Shown here: positions 31,516 to 32,000 of the stretch, piece by piece
Numbering within the stretch: the stretch's first letter is position 1
Layout: each line of letters begins with the position of its first letter
Origin: Candidatus Blochmanniella floridana
Lineage (GTDB): Bacteria > Pseudomonadota > Gammaproteobacteria > Enterobacterales > Enterobacteriaceae
Direction of reading: 5' to 3'
Assembly (NCBI GenBank): GCA_000043285.1
Contig: BX248583.1
Coordinates: forward strand, 540,001 to 572,000
DNA: 32,000 nt
Translations under genes and position numbers: made by a program
Notes under the pieces: generated by a model
What the model was told of the DNA's origin: nothing
The model's input: only the letters and a program-made list of their open reading frames with translations
Database searches by the model: none

Positions 31516-32000
31516 ATATTATAAAATTATTTATCAACAAAAAATACTGCTATTCATTTTGAAATAATATGTAATAGATTACACTTGTAATTTATTACGT
31601 ACTTACAATACCAATGCCTAATTCAATTAAATAAAATAATTCTTATTCATTGAACTCAGTATTAAATACTATATGTACTTATAGTACATTCAAAAAAATA
31701 TACCATAAAGTATATATTCCTTCATAACAGTATTCAAAAAACTACCCTAATTCATCACAACAAAAATACTTTAATACATATAATTATACTAATATAAACT
31801 CAATTATAATATATAAAATGTATTATATACACTTTTCTCTTTATTAAATATAAAAGTATGTTTAATACACTACCATACCATTTGTAATAACACCAAAGAA
31901 TTTACTACAAATTCATATACCAACTATTAAAGCAATTGATTTATAATTATTCTATTATTGAATGTGATAATTTAATTATTTTATTATATAATATTTCCTA

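Noticed and set aside
1-32000. A search for CRISPR arrays, IS elements or transposases, long direct or inverted repeats, toxin-antitoxin pairs, and defence or secretion cassettes.
   Set aside because: I saw no regularly spaced repeats, no transposase- or integrase-like translations in any listed ORF, and no unassigned ORFs outside core genes. Repeat detection by eye is limited, so a dot-plot would be the definitive check.

Overview
This window reads as core chromosome from a strongly AT-rich, genome-reduced gammaproteobacterium, most likely an insect endosymbiont. A Blochmannia-like lineage is my guess only. I call 24 protein genes and 3 tRNA genes, and by my coordinates about 85% of the window is coding. 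Gene content and order follow my recollection of the E. coli K-12 map from about 51.7 to 54.7 min. The order is nuoGFE(CD)BA, folC, accD, truA, pdxB, fabB, prmB-aroC, tRNA-Arg(CCU), mntH, nupC, gltX, tRNA-Val/tRNA-Lys, ligA, cysK, ptsHI and cysAWUP. The genes that lie between these in E. coli are absent here. All listed genes look intact. nuoG is missing from the ORF track only because its reading frame runs off the left edge of the window. I found no transposase, integrase, phage gene, CRISPR array, toxin-antitoxin pair or defence-like cassette, and no orphan ORF of 60 aa or more outside the recognised genes. I therefore do not think this window holds a novel multi-gene system. The points worth a second look are reductive-evolution features. 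These include a LigA with no BRCT domain, ptsHI with no crr, non-ATG starts on pdxB and cysA, and tRNA genes that do not encode CCA. Others are an in-place inversion of prmB-aroC, A9-A10 tracts inside genes, extreme C>G skew in the spacers, and a GTAAT/ATTAC palindrome cluster upstream of cysP.
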